Below the pieces are notes generated by a model. That model was not told the DNA's origin. It did not search any database and was given only the letters and a program-made list of their open reading frames with translations. Below, one piece after another: positions 47,274 through 56,010 of a stretch of 64,000 nt of DNA. How positions within the stretch are numbered: position 1 is the stretch's first letter; every line of letters begins with the position of its first letter. The DNA comes from an uncultured Gemmatimonadales bacterium (GTDB lineage: Bacteria > Gemmatimonadota > Gemmatimonadetes > Gemmatimonadales > GWC2-71-9), in assembly GCA_963751925.1 (NCBI GenBank), contig CAVVWJ010000002.1, positions 2,086,560 to 2,150,559 of the forward strand. The letters run 5' to 3'. Made by a program: the position numbers and the translations under genes.

Positions 47274-49472
47274 CTAGAAGGCAGGGCTGAGAACCTGCTC
47301 ACCAGGCCTCAGGGGGATAGCGGTTGGCCGGCTACCCGGCGCCGTAGATTGCAAAAAGAAGCTGAAATCGACACTGCCCTTGGCCACGTCCTTGATCTTG
47401 CCAAGCACATACACGAGACGGTCATCTTCACGCGAGACGGCAAAAGAGGGAACGGGTTCCTCCGTTTCCACCACGGGGGAAGATTCCGAACTGCCCCAGG
47501 CCAGCCGCATGATTCTCGAGCCTTTGGACCGATCTCCGCGATCCACCACATAAGCCAGGTCGCTGTTGCGGAAGAAATGGGGGCTCGATTCCCGAAGCGG
47601 TGTCCGGGTGAGGCGGCGGGCAGTGCCGCCGTCGATCCCCATGGCATAGATCTCGGGATTGCCGTCTCGGACCGAGACAAACGCGATTGTTCTGCCGTCC
47701 GGCGACACTGAAGGAGAATGGTTTCCGCGGGGTTCGCTGGTGAGCTGGCGGGTTTGACCGGTGTTCACCGAGACGATCGCAATCTGTGACAGGGTCCCCC
47801 GAGTCGAGGTGTAGACGATATTCTGTCCATCCGGAGTCCAGGTAGGCTCCCCTTCATTCCCTGTGTCGCGCGTAAGTCGCCGAAGATTCTGCCCATCTGC
47901 GTCCATGAGGTAGAGGTCGTAGCTGCCATTTCGATTGGAGCTGAAAGCAACCCGGGTGCGGTCGGGCGAGAGGACCGGCTGGATGTTGGTCGCGGTGTCT
48001 ACCAGGAGTGGGAGGAACGTAGCCGGCGCCGCCAGTCGAATCTGATAAATCCCGAAGCTGCCACCCCTGTTCGAGCTCAGCATCATGTCGCCCACCACGT
48101 ACACATCAGCATTGGCGGCTTTTCCCCATGCCGCGGTTCCGCTCACGATGGCGTGGCCGGGACTCACCGCATCGATGATTCCACCCTCCCGAACGGACGC
48201 GACTTCCGGGTGGTCGGTGCTCCATCGGATCGCCGAGGTCCGCCCAACGGTGACGCCCTTGTCATCACGCAGAACGGTGGACACGGTGGCGTGTTGCCCC
48301 GCGAGGATGCCGAGGCGGGACGGTTGCAGGGCGATCTCCCCCGGGATGATCTGAATCTGCCAGATGGCAGGCGATATACCCGGGAGCCGCGCGGTGAGCG
48401 TGGTGGAGCCGACCGCTTTCGGCGTCAGCACACCAGTCGAGGGGTTGAATGCGGCGATAGAACTGTCGCCCAGCTCCCAGGTGACGCGTGCCTCCGGAAT
48501 GGGCGTGGAATCCGCTGCTTCAGCCACTGCCGTGAACTGGCGGTCTGCTCTGAGGGGAATTTGGATCGGCTCGGGACCTTGATGGGGCGAGACGACCAGC
48601 GCATCAGGGCTGCGATGTACCAGGATCGTGGCCCGGCGCTCCTGGGCCAAGGCGCTCATGATGATCTCGGCCTGGCCGGGTGAGCGTGCCCGCACGACCC
48701 CATTGCTATCTACTGCCGCGACGGTCGCATCTGTGGTGCGCCACTGCACCGAGCCGCGGATCTCACGGTTCGCCTGGGCCGGCACGACAGTCCGAAGAGT
48801 GTCGACTTCATCCACGCCGAGCGAGAGTCTGTTTCTGGTTAGAACGATCTCCGCCTGAGAAACTTCGACCGGCAGGGTCGCCATCAAACGGCTTCCAGTA
48901 GCTGCCTGCACGATCGTTCTGCCCGGAGCTACGCCGGCGACAATCCCCACCGAGTCGACCGTTGCCACCTCAGGCCGGAGCGATTTCCAGGTGACCCGGC
49001 CGGCCGGAGTGGAAGAGCCGTCATCCCGGAGGGCCTCAGGGGTAATCCGAACGGTCTCGCCGGGGATCAACATGACGGACGCGGGATCGAGCGTCAGAAC
49101 GGTCGCAGCCGGACGTGATGGGGTCGGATTGGCCGGCGCGGTACCGGTGATCAGGATGGCCATGGATGCGCGCTTACCCTGGGACCTCGCCTCGATTCGG
49201 GCGAGGCCGGGGGCCACTCCGATGACGGAGCCATCCTTCCGAACCCGCGCGATGAGCGTGTCAGAGCTCGAGAAGGCGAACTTCGCCGAAGGGATCAGAT
49301 TGCCCCGTGCGTCAAAGGCGGCCGCAAAGAGGGCCTGTTTCTGATTGACGCCCAAGGTCATCGTCTCTGGAGTAACCTGAATCTCCGAAACCGTTTGCAC
49401 CTGAGCGGAAGCGGGCGCGGCGAGGGCCCAGAGGGTCAGGCCCAAGAGCCAACCGGTGGAGACTGGTTTCAC
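47274..49472 (-). CDS. secreted protein with bacterial Ig-like (Big_2) repeats and C-terminal TolB-like PD40 beta-propeller
   Basis: Signal peptide. Several ~85-aa Big_2-like repeats (L.V...A.V.D.G.V.A...G.A.I.A). PD40 motifs (SPDRTRVAFSSNRNGSYDLYLMD, TWTPDGQNIVYTS, SVSPDGRTIAFVSVRDGNPEIY). Confidence 0.8.
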   Translation of the reverse strand: MKPVSTGWLLGLTLWALAAPASAQVQTVSEIQVTPETMTLGVNQKQALFAAAFDARGNLIPSAKFAFSSSDTLIARVRKDGSVIGVAPGLARIEARSQGKRASMAILITGTAPANPTPSRPAATVLTLDPASVMLIPGETVRITPEALRDDGSSTPAGRVTWKSLRPEVATVDSVGIVAGVAPGRTIVQAATGSRLMATLPVEVSQAEIVLTRNRLSLGVDEVDTLRTVVPAQANREIRGSVQWRTTDATVAAVDSNGVVRARSPGQAEIIMSALAQERRATILVHRSPDALVVSPHQGPEPIQIPLRADRQFTAVAEAADSTPIPEARVTWELGDSSIAAFNPSTGVLTPKAVGSTTLTARLPGISPAIWQIQIIPGEIALQPSRLGILAGQHATVSTVLRDDKGVTVGRTSAIRWSTDHPEVASVREGGIIDAVSPGHAIVSGTAAWGKAANADVYVVGDMMLSSNRGGSFGIYQIRLAAPATFLPLLVDTATNIQPVLSPDRTRVAFSSNRNGSYDLYLMDADGQNLRRLTRDTGNEGEPTWTPDGQNIVYTSTRGTLSQIAIVSVNTGQTRQLTSEPRGNHSPSVSPDGRTIAFVSVRDGNPEIYAMGIDGGTARRLTRTPLRESSPHFFRNSDLAYVVDRGDRSKGSRIMRLAWGSSESSPVVETEEPVPSFAVSREDDRLVYVLGKIKDVAKGSVDFSFFLQSTAPGSRPTAIPLRPGEQVLSPAF

Positions 49473-49681
49473 TGGTGCTTAGTGTCCGGAAAGGGGGCGT
49501 GAGTACGCCTATTATAGCGCGGCACAGGGTCACGTGCATCGTATGCTCTGGGCCGCAAACCCTCACGGCGCCTTGCACAAGCACCGACGATGTGCAAGTT
49601 ATATATCGTTCGACCGGGAGGCGCTGAGCGCCTCGGACCGGCGGCGGGTGGCGCCGCATACGCGTTCGGGAGGGAGCGAAG

Positions 49682-50134
49682 ATGGCCGAGCTTCATTATA
49701 TGGAGATGGGCTGGTCCGGCTCTGGGTGGATGGACCCGCTGCCGATGGAGAATACGCCGGGTCCGAGTTCCTCATCGACACCTTCCTACGACGACTTCAG
49801 CGAGTCCTCAGGGGGAAGCCGCACCAGACCCGCCCGCCCGCGGAAGAAGGCCTCCAGAAAGTCCACCAGCGCAAGAAAATCGGCGAAAAAATCGTCCAGC
49901 AAACGCGGCACGAAGAAGGCCGCGAAGCGCGGAGCCAAGAAGACCGCCAGAAAATCGGCCAAGAAGTCCGGCAGGAAGGCTGCGGGCGGGTCTGCCAGGA
50001 AGAGCGCCAAGCGGTCAAGTCGAAAGAGCTCGAGCCGCGCGGCCAAGGGGCGGAAGTCCTCCGGCCGGAAGAGCGCTCGCCGCTCCCCGTCTCGGAAGGC
50101 AGCCAAGAAAGGGCGCGGCGGCCGGCGGCGCTAG
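49682..50134 (+). CDS. histone H1-like Lys/Arg/Ser/Ala-rich basic protein
   Basis: GGAGG 8 nt upstream of the ATG. About 45 aa acidic/aromatic head, then ~100 aa of (K/R)(K/R)(S/A)x repeats. G/C-rich third positions favour this frame over the two overlapping track ORFs. Confidence 0.6.
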   Translation: MAELHYMEMGWSGSGWMDPLPMENTPGPSSSSTPSYDDFSESSGGSRTRPARPRKKASRKSTSARKSAKKSSSKRGTKKAAKRGAKKTARKSAKKSGRKAAGGSARKSAKRSSRKSSSRAAKGRKSSGRKSARRSPSRKAAKKGRGGRRR

Positions 50135-52071
50135 CTCCGGGAGGACGGTGCCTTGTCGATCCGGGCGAGGGCGGCCGCACAGTTGATCAGGGCGATATGG
50201 GTGAACGCCTGGGGAAAGTTGCCCAGAAAGTCGCCCGATGCCGGATCGATCTCCTCAGAGTAGAGCCCGACGTGATTGGCGTGTCGGAGCATCCGGCGGA
50301 AGACCCGTTCGGCCCGCTCCTTCTCGCCAATCATTGCGAGTGCCTGGGCCAGCCAGAACGTGCAGATCGAAAAGGCACCTTCCTGTCCTTCCATGCCGTC
50401 GGGATGGCGGTAGCGATACACCAGCTCGCCGTCGACAGTAGTGAGTTCCCGGGCGATGGCTCGTACGGTGCTGTGAACCCGCGGGTGATTCCAGGGTAGG
50501 AAGCGCACCATCGGGATCGCCAGCGCCGCCGCATCGAGCGATTCGTCCCCATAGGACTGAACGAAGGACTGAAGCCGCTCGCTCCACCCCCTTTCCATAA
50601 TTTCCGCGTACAGCGTGTCGCGAGCGACGCGCCAGGTGGCGGTGTCGGATTCCAGGCTCAGTTCCTCCGCCATACGGATCCCGCGGTCCAGTGCTACCCA
50701 GCTCATCACCTTGCTGAAGACGTAGTGGCGCACCTCTCCTCGAACTTCCCAGATGCTGTAGTCCGGAAGGTGCCAGTTCCCACTGACCCAATCGACCAGC
50801 CCCCGGAGTACCCGCCAGGTACCTTCGGTCATCTCGTGATTGCGCCGCCAGATGTCGGCAGTCTCCATGACCTCCCCATAGACATCCAGCTGGAGCTGAC
50901 CAGCCGCTCCGTTACCGACCCGGACGGGCCGTGAGCCGAGATAGCCGCTGAGATGATCGAGCTGCCGCTCGATGAGGTCGCGCCGGCCGTCGATACCGTA
51001 CATGATCTGCAGGTGACCGCCGCCTTCGTGACGGCACACCTTCTTCAGGAAACGCATGAACTTGTCGGCCTCGGCGTGGTGGCCGACTGCGTCCAGGGCG
51101 GCCAGGGTGAAGGCAGCATCCCTGAGCCACACAAAGCGGTAGTCCCAGTTCCGCATCCCTCCGATCGTCTCCGGCAGAGACGTGGTAGGCGCTGCGATCA
51201 TGGCTCCGGTCTCGCCATGGGTCAGCAGCTTGAGCGCCAGGGCCGAACGCTTCACCATCCCTCGAAACGGCCCGCGATACTTCACCTTGGACGACCACTG
51301 CTGCCAGAATGCCGCGGTGGCATCCAGCTTCCGGGAGCTTTCATAGCGGTCGACCGGATGGATGTCGTCGTCGTCATACCGTAAGACCAGCCAGCGCTCT
51401 TCTCCCTTCTCCAGCTCGAAGCGGGCGGTCGCGGTAGACTGCTCGAGCACCCACTCGAACGGCTTGGCGCTGGAAAGAGTGATCACCTGGTCGGTCCGGT
51501 CGGTGGCGAACAGACCGGCACGGAGCACCTCGAGCCGCGTCGTCCGCGCACCGTACTCGAAGCGAGGCATGAACGTGATGTTCATGGGCACGCGGCCGCG
51601 AGAGCAGCGGAGGCGACGGTGGATTTCGGGATGTTGGCCTGACGGACCTCCGTCCTCCGCGACCGGCAGGAAGTCGGTTACTGTGACGATGCCGTTTTCA
51701 GGCGTGCGGAAGGTGGTTTCCAGAATATTGGTGCGAGGCAGGTACTGCTGGCTTGAGGTCCACCGCGCTTCTGGCCGAATCGACCAGGCGCCACCGCGCT
51801 CACTGTCGAGGAGCGCGGCAAAGACGCTGCCGCTGTCGAACCGTGGCAGGCAGCACCAATCGATGGACCCATCGAGCCCGACCAGCGCGGCAGTGCGCAT
51901 GTCGCCGATGAGGCCGTACGAAGAGATGGGCTGCTGGCGCACTGCACCTGGTCGCCGACCGCTGGCATCGGTCAGCGGCTGAGGCTGGACGTCGGTCATT
52001 GCCCAAGTATAAGGCGTGCAGGCAGGATCTTGCATCGCCCCGATGATCCGTTCACCTTCCAGCACATTCAT
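50131..52071 (-). CDS. glycoside hydrolase family 15 (glucoamylase/trehalase-like)
   Basis: YGLIGDMRTAALVGLDGSIDWCCLPRFDSGSVFAALLD N-terminal block and NWDYRFVWLRDAAFT motif, both typical of bacterial GH15. An alternative start is ATG 51999. Confidence 0.85.
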   Translation of the reverse strand: MNVLEGERIIGAMQDPACTPYTWAMTDVQPQPLTDASGRRPGAVRQQPISSYGLIGDMRTAALVGLDGSIDWCCLPRFDSGSVFAALLDSERGGAWSIRPEARWTSSQQYLPRTNILETTFRTPENGIVTVTDFLPVAEDGGPSGQHPEIHRRLRCSRGRVPMNITFMPRFEYGARTTRLEVLRAGLFATDRTDQVITLSSAKPFEWVLEQSTATARFELEKGEERWLVLRYDDDDIHPVDRYESSRKLDATAAFWQQWSSKVKYRGPFRGMVKRSALALKLLTHGETGAMIAAPTTSLPETIGGMRNWDYRFVWLRDAAFTLAALDAVGHHAEADKFMRFLKKVCRHEGGGHLQIMYGIDGRRDLIERQLDHLSGYLGSRPVRVGNGAAGQLQLDVYGEVMETADIWRRNHEMTEGTWRVLRGLVDWVSGNWHLPDYSIWEVRGEVRHYVFSKVMSWVALDRGIRMAEELSLESDTATWRVARDTLYAEIMERGWSERLQSFVQSYGDESLDAAALAIPMVRFLPWNHPRVHSTVRAIARELTTVDGELVYRYRHPDGMEGQEGAFSICTFWLAQALAMIGEKERAERVFRRMLRHANHVGLYSEEIDPASGDFLGNFPQAFTHIALINCAAALARIDKAPSSRS

Positions 52072-52136
52072 CCCTCGACAGCTCCGGACGCCTCCTGGTG
52101 GAGGCGTATAGATGCCATCGACCGACCGGTCCAGTG

Positions 52137-53495
52137 ATGCGGCCTAGTCTGCTCACACCAAGCCTGGCGTTGGCGGCGTTCGCGATCGGGTGCAACCCTC
52201 CCGCTTCCGACAGCATCGCCCTGGTCGGCGCCACCCTGATCGATGGAACCGGCGGACCGCCACTCGCGGATGCCGTCATCGTCATCCAACGCGGCAAGAT
52301 CGTGTCGGTAGGGTCCCGAAGCGGATTCGAGCTTCCCAAGAAAACCAGAGAAGTTGATGTGAGCGGGCGCTGGATCATTCCTGGACTGATCGATGCGCAT
52401 GCACACGTTGCACCCGCCGCGTCCTGGGCTCCATCCCGCTACCTGGCGTGGGGCGTCACCGCCGTGCGCGATGTGCACGGGGACCTCGCCCCGATTCTCG
52501 GGCTGAGGAAGAGGAGTAATCAGGGAAACGGTCCCAGGATGTATGTCGCCGGTGCGATGATCGACGGCGTTCCCAGCACTTACCCCGATGCGATCGGAGT
52601 GAACGCCGAGAACGATGGCCGGAAGGCAGTGGACCGGCTGGTCAGCTCGGGCGTGGATCTGATCAAGGTCTACACTCATGTCGACGCTCCCATGTTGCGT
52701 GCGATCGTTGACGAGTCGCGCGCCTTCAACCTCGGTGTCGCCGCCCATCTGGGTATGACCGACGCCGTAACGGCCGCGAAGGCCGGCGTCACATCCATCG
52801 AGCACATGACCGGGATTCCGGAGGCAGCGACTCGCGATCGGTCGGCCCTGATCAAGGCGCACTATCGCGGTTTCTTTCCGGGCTGGACTGCGTTCGAGCG
52901 GAGCTGGGCCGACCTCGATTCCGCCGCGCTGGTCCGGGTCGCAACGGTACTCGCGGAGGCGCGAGTCACCGTCGTCCCGACGCTGATATTGCACGAGACG
53001 CTGAGCCGCCTTCAGGATCCGAGTATTCGGCAGGACCCGGCGCTCCATGATGTGCCGGAATCGCAACAAGCAGATTGGGATGTGGACGGGCTCATTGGCC
53101 GGGCAGGCTGGACCGAAGATGATTTCGCCGCGTTTCGCCGTTCACGTCCCAAGCAGGACCTCTTTCTTCGAGCCTTCGCGGCAGCAGGCGGGCGCATCGC
53201 CACTGGGACGGACGCTTCGAACCAGCTCCTGGTTCCGGGCTACAGTGAGCATCAGGAGCTCGAACTGCTGGTGAGAGCCGGCCTCAGCCCGCGCGAGGCT
53301 TTGCGGGCGGCGACCCGGAACGGAGCGGTGCTCCTGGGCGTCGACTCGCTCGGATTGATTGCTCCGGGTAAGGTGGCCGACTTGCTGGTGCTCACCAAAG
53401 ATCCACTGGGCGATATCCGAAACACCCGCGCCATCGAATCGGTCATGACCCACGGGCGCCTGCTCAGCCCGGATTCCCTTCGCGCATCATGGTGA
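52137..53495 (+). CDS. amidohydrolase-family metal-dependent hydrolase, lipoprotein
   Basis: LIDAHAHV metal-binding motif. Start at ATG 52137 gives a signal/lipobox (LALAAFAIGC). Confidence 0.8.
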   Translation: MRPSLLTPSLALAAFAIGCNPPASDSIALVGATLIDGTGGPPLADAVIVIQRGKIVSVGSRSGFELPKKTREVDVSGRWIIPGLIDAHAHVAPAASWAPSRYLAWGVTAVRDVHGDLAPILGLRKRSNQGNGPRMYVAGAMIDGVPSTYPDAIGVNAENDGRKAVDRLVSSGVDLIKVYTHVDAPMLRAIVDESRAFNLGVAAHLGMTDAVTAAKAGVTSIEHMTGIPEAATRDRSALIKAHYRGFFPGWTAFERSWADLDSAALVRVATVLAEARVTVVPTLILHETLSRLQDPSIRQDPALHDVPESQQADWDVDGLIGRAGWTEDDFAAFRRSRPKQDLFLRAFAAAGGRIATGTDASNQLLVPGYSEHQELELLVRAGLSPREALRAATRNGAVLLGVDSLGLIAPGKVADLLVLTKDPLGDIRNTRAIESVMTHGRLLSPDSLRASW

Positions 53496-53543
53496 CGGCA
53501 TGAGCATCCTCTGCGGCAACCCAAGTTCGCGGCGCGAGCTTCC

Positions 53544-54446
53544 ATGAGTGCCAACGGCACAGCGGCCGAGGGGATCGAGCGGCTGGCCCTCTACTTCGGC
53601 GTGACACCTACCCGCCAGGGAATTCTCGCACGGTACGCATTGGGACAGCCCGCGCCGGGAGACGGTGCGCTGGCGCTCCGGCTCTCAGCCGGACTTCGAG
53701 CCGAGGCCCTGTTGGATGGCGCTTCAACTGGCGCCGTCGTTCCCGCGGTCTGGCGGGTTCACGAGCTGTTGGATCTGGGATACGAAGTCGACCAGGAAGA
53801 GGCCGCGGGCTTGATGGGATGGATGTTGCAGCTCCAGAGTAAACCGGGAGCGTTCAGCGTCGGGTGCAGTCGAGCCCGGCATGCCCACCGGGTCTGCGAG
53901 CACTTCATCTCCGGATTCTTTTCTCCCGCTCCCGCCGAGGAGCGACTCGCTCCAATCATGCTGCCGAACGGGAAGGTGTTTCGAGCGGAGCCCGCGGCGC
54001 GCTTTGCCTTCAGCTGTCTGGCACTCAGGGCTGCCGTGCGCACTGGCCTACAGGGAACACCTTCAGTAGAACAGCACTTCAATAGTCTGCTGCATCTGCA
54101 GGATCAGTGGGAGAACTGGAATGGATACCTGTCACCGGACGCCATCGTGTCTGGAATCCACGCCTTGGCGCTGGTCCCTACCACACCCGACGCCGTGTTG
54201 TCGAGGCTTGCAGCAAGCGTCGCTGCCAATCAGGCTGCCGATGGCACCTGGGCAAATGCCGACTTGTTCCACACCGTCGAGGCGATGGTCGCTGTCGGCA
54301 CCGCCGCAGCCCATGCCAGCGTCCGAAGAGCAGTCCCCGCCATTCTTGCCCGTCAGCGGGCGGACGGCAGCTTTGGACCCACGGCTCAGCAGGAACGGGC
54401 CTTGATCGCTCTACGGGCACTGCTCTTCGCCGACCGGGAGATGTAG
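53544..54446 (+). CDS. hypothetical protein, possible prenyltransferase/terpene-cyclase-like alpha/alpha-toroid repeat protein
   Basis: Repeated Q..DG(T/S)(W/F) motifs (QAADGTWAN, QRADGSFGP) spaced as in prenyltransferase/SQHop-cyclase repeats. Weak assignment. Confidence 0.4.
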   Translation: MSANGTAAEGIERLALYFGVTPTRQGILARYALGQPAPGDGALALRLSAGLRAEALLDGASTGAVVPAVWRVHELLDLGYEVDQEEAAGLMGWMLQLQSKPGAFSVGCSRARHAHRVCEHFISGFFSPAPAEERLAPIMLPNGKVFRAEPAARFAFSCLALRAAVRTGLQGTPSVEQHFNSLLHLQDQWENWNGYLSPDAIVSGIHALALVPTTPDAVLSRLAASVAANQAADGTWANADLFHTVEAMVAVGTAAAHASVRRAVPAILARQRADGSFGPTAQQERALIALRALLFADREM

Positions 54447-54672
54447 TCCCCGGGCACCCTGCCGTTCCGAACGCGATCCCCGTCGGCTGACGCTTATCGA
54501 TGTTGCCCACGCGACTCGCGGCCGACGCTTTTATAACCCGGTGTCCCCGCGATGCAGGCAGATGTAACTTCCGGCCTCAGGTGACGCCCATGTCCCACCT
54601 CGAGTGCCCACTTCCCCGCGGCGTCCGAAACTGGACCGGCCAGGAAACAGGTCACCTCGCACCCGAGCCCGG

Positions 54673-55767
54673 ATGCCCGATACACCGATCGATCAGAAAC
54701 CGCGGATCCGCTTGACGGCCCTCTCCCATGGCGCCGGCTGAGCCTGCAAGCTCGGCTCCGCCGACCTGGCGCAGGTCCTGCGCCTTCTGCCCACCATTGG
54801 AGATCCTCGGGTTCTGATCGACGCCGCCACTCGTGACGACGCCGCTGTCTTTCAGCTCTCGCCGGAGCGCGCGCTGGTGGCGACGGTGGATTTTTTCACC
54901 CCGATTGTCGACAATCCAGCCGCGTGGGGGGCGATCGCGGCGGCCAACGCCTTGAGCGACATCTACGCGATGGGCGCCACGCCCCTCTTCGCACTCAACC
55001 TGGTTGGCTGGCCCCGAGATCGCGCCCCTCTCGAGCTCCTGGGGGAAGTCCTGGGAGGAGCATTCGAAGTGACCCGTCGCGCCGGGTGTCTCGTACTCGG
55101 CGGCCACTCCATAGACTCGGTTGAGCCTACATTCGGGATGGCAGTCATTGGTGAGGTGCATCCCGACCGGATGCTGACGAATGCCGGTGGCTGCGCCGGA
55201 GATTTATTGGTTCTCACCAAGCCGATCGGAACAGGGATTCTGGCGACGGCACTCAAGCGGGACGCTCTGCTCGAGACCGGCATGGCGGACGCAGTGCGGT
55301 CGATGACTACATTGAACGATGGCGCTTCTCGAGCCGCGCTCAAGGTAGGTGTGAGCGCCGCCACCGATGTTACGGGGTTTGGCTTGGTGGGACACCTAAC
55401 GAGCATGCTGGAGGCCAGCCGGGTTGCGGCCGAGATCGCGTTCGAGAGCGTGCCCATCCTTCCGCATGCCAGAAATCTGGCTTCTCGAGGTGTCATTCCG
55501 GGCGGCACCCAGCGCAACCTGGAGGCAGCCGACCAGGTCGAGTGGGACGAATCTCTCAGCCCGGCGGATCGGTATCTCTGCGTGGACGCTCAGACGTCCG
55601 GGGGACTCCTGCTCGCGGTTCCGGCCGAGAACGAGGCCGATCTGCTGGCAGCGCTCAAGGAGGAAGGCACTCCGGTGGCAGCGGTCATCGGACGGCTGAT
55701 TGCGGGAACATCAGGCCACCTCCGCGTTGCACGACAGCTCGACCTGCCTCGCGCGTCCACAGTATAG
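54673..55767 (+). CDS. selD: selenide, water dikinase (selenophosphate synthetase), selenocysteine-containing
   Basis: Full alignment by eye to E. coli SelD (DFFTPIVDNP, LTKPIGTG, ATDVTGFGL.GHL, PGGT.RN, QTSGGLL.AV). The N-terminus SHGAG-TGA-ACK needs read-through of TGA 54739-54741 at the Cys17 position. The track reports only 54877-55767. Confidence 0.85.
54739..54741 (+). other. in-frame UGA, predicted selenocysteine codon of selD
   Basis: Aligned with catalytic Cys17 of E. coli SelD (GAGCGCK versus GAG-U-ACK). Confidence 0.75.
54768..54784 (+). promoter_or_regulatory. SECIS-like hairpin downstream of the selD UGA
   Basis: GGCGCAG-GUC-CUGCGCC, starting 26 nt after the UGA. The apical GCAGGUC(C)UGC resembles the E. 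coli fdhF SECIS apex. Confidence 0.55.
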
Positions 55768-55785
55768 CCCCTGGTCCGATTCTGT

Positions 55786-56010
55786 ATGTCACTAATCCGC
55801 TGGACCGCCGAGCGAATGGATCAGCTCGAGAACGCTGCCCGGAAGGGACTGCGCGTCGCGCTTGTACGGCGCGGAACCGAGTACATCGTGGTCGCGGTGC
55901 GGGTCACCTCCGTGGGCCGGCACGAAGCGCTCATCGGCCGATTGCCCATGACCGGGGAGGAGCTCACCTTCCGCCTGGAAGACATCGACAGCTTTCAGGT
56001 GATCGAGTGA
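55786..56010 (+). CDS. small hypothetical protein (74 aa)
   Basis: G/C-rich third positions. Its stop overlaps the rnhA GTG start (GTGA), suggesting translational coupling. No recognisable domain. Confidence 0.45.
   Translation: MSLIRWTAERMDQLENAARKGLRVALVRRGTEYIVVAVRVTSVGRHEALIGRLPMTGEELTFRLEDIDSFQVIE

Noticed and set aside
49573-49606. TTGCAC ... TATATA as a sigma-70 promoter for the histone-like gene
   Set aside because: The spacing between the hexamers is about 21 nt, outside the 16-18 nt range. Kept only as an inverted-repeat/AT-patch observation.
49534-50499. 321-aa and 198-aa (49590-50186) ORFs overlapping the histone-like gene in other frames
   Set aside because: They run antisense into the GH15 gene, lack an SD, and have less G/C-biased third positions than the 49682-50134 frame. 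They are products of the repetitive AAG/GCC/CGG-rich sequence.
52068-53069. 333-aa ORF on the - strand
   Set aside because: Antisense to the amidohydrolase gene (HAH motif, lipoprotein signal). No domain features.
54652-55517. Minus-strand ORFs 54652-55161 and 54963-55517
   Set aside because: Antisense to selD; no motifs.
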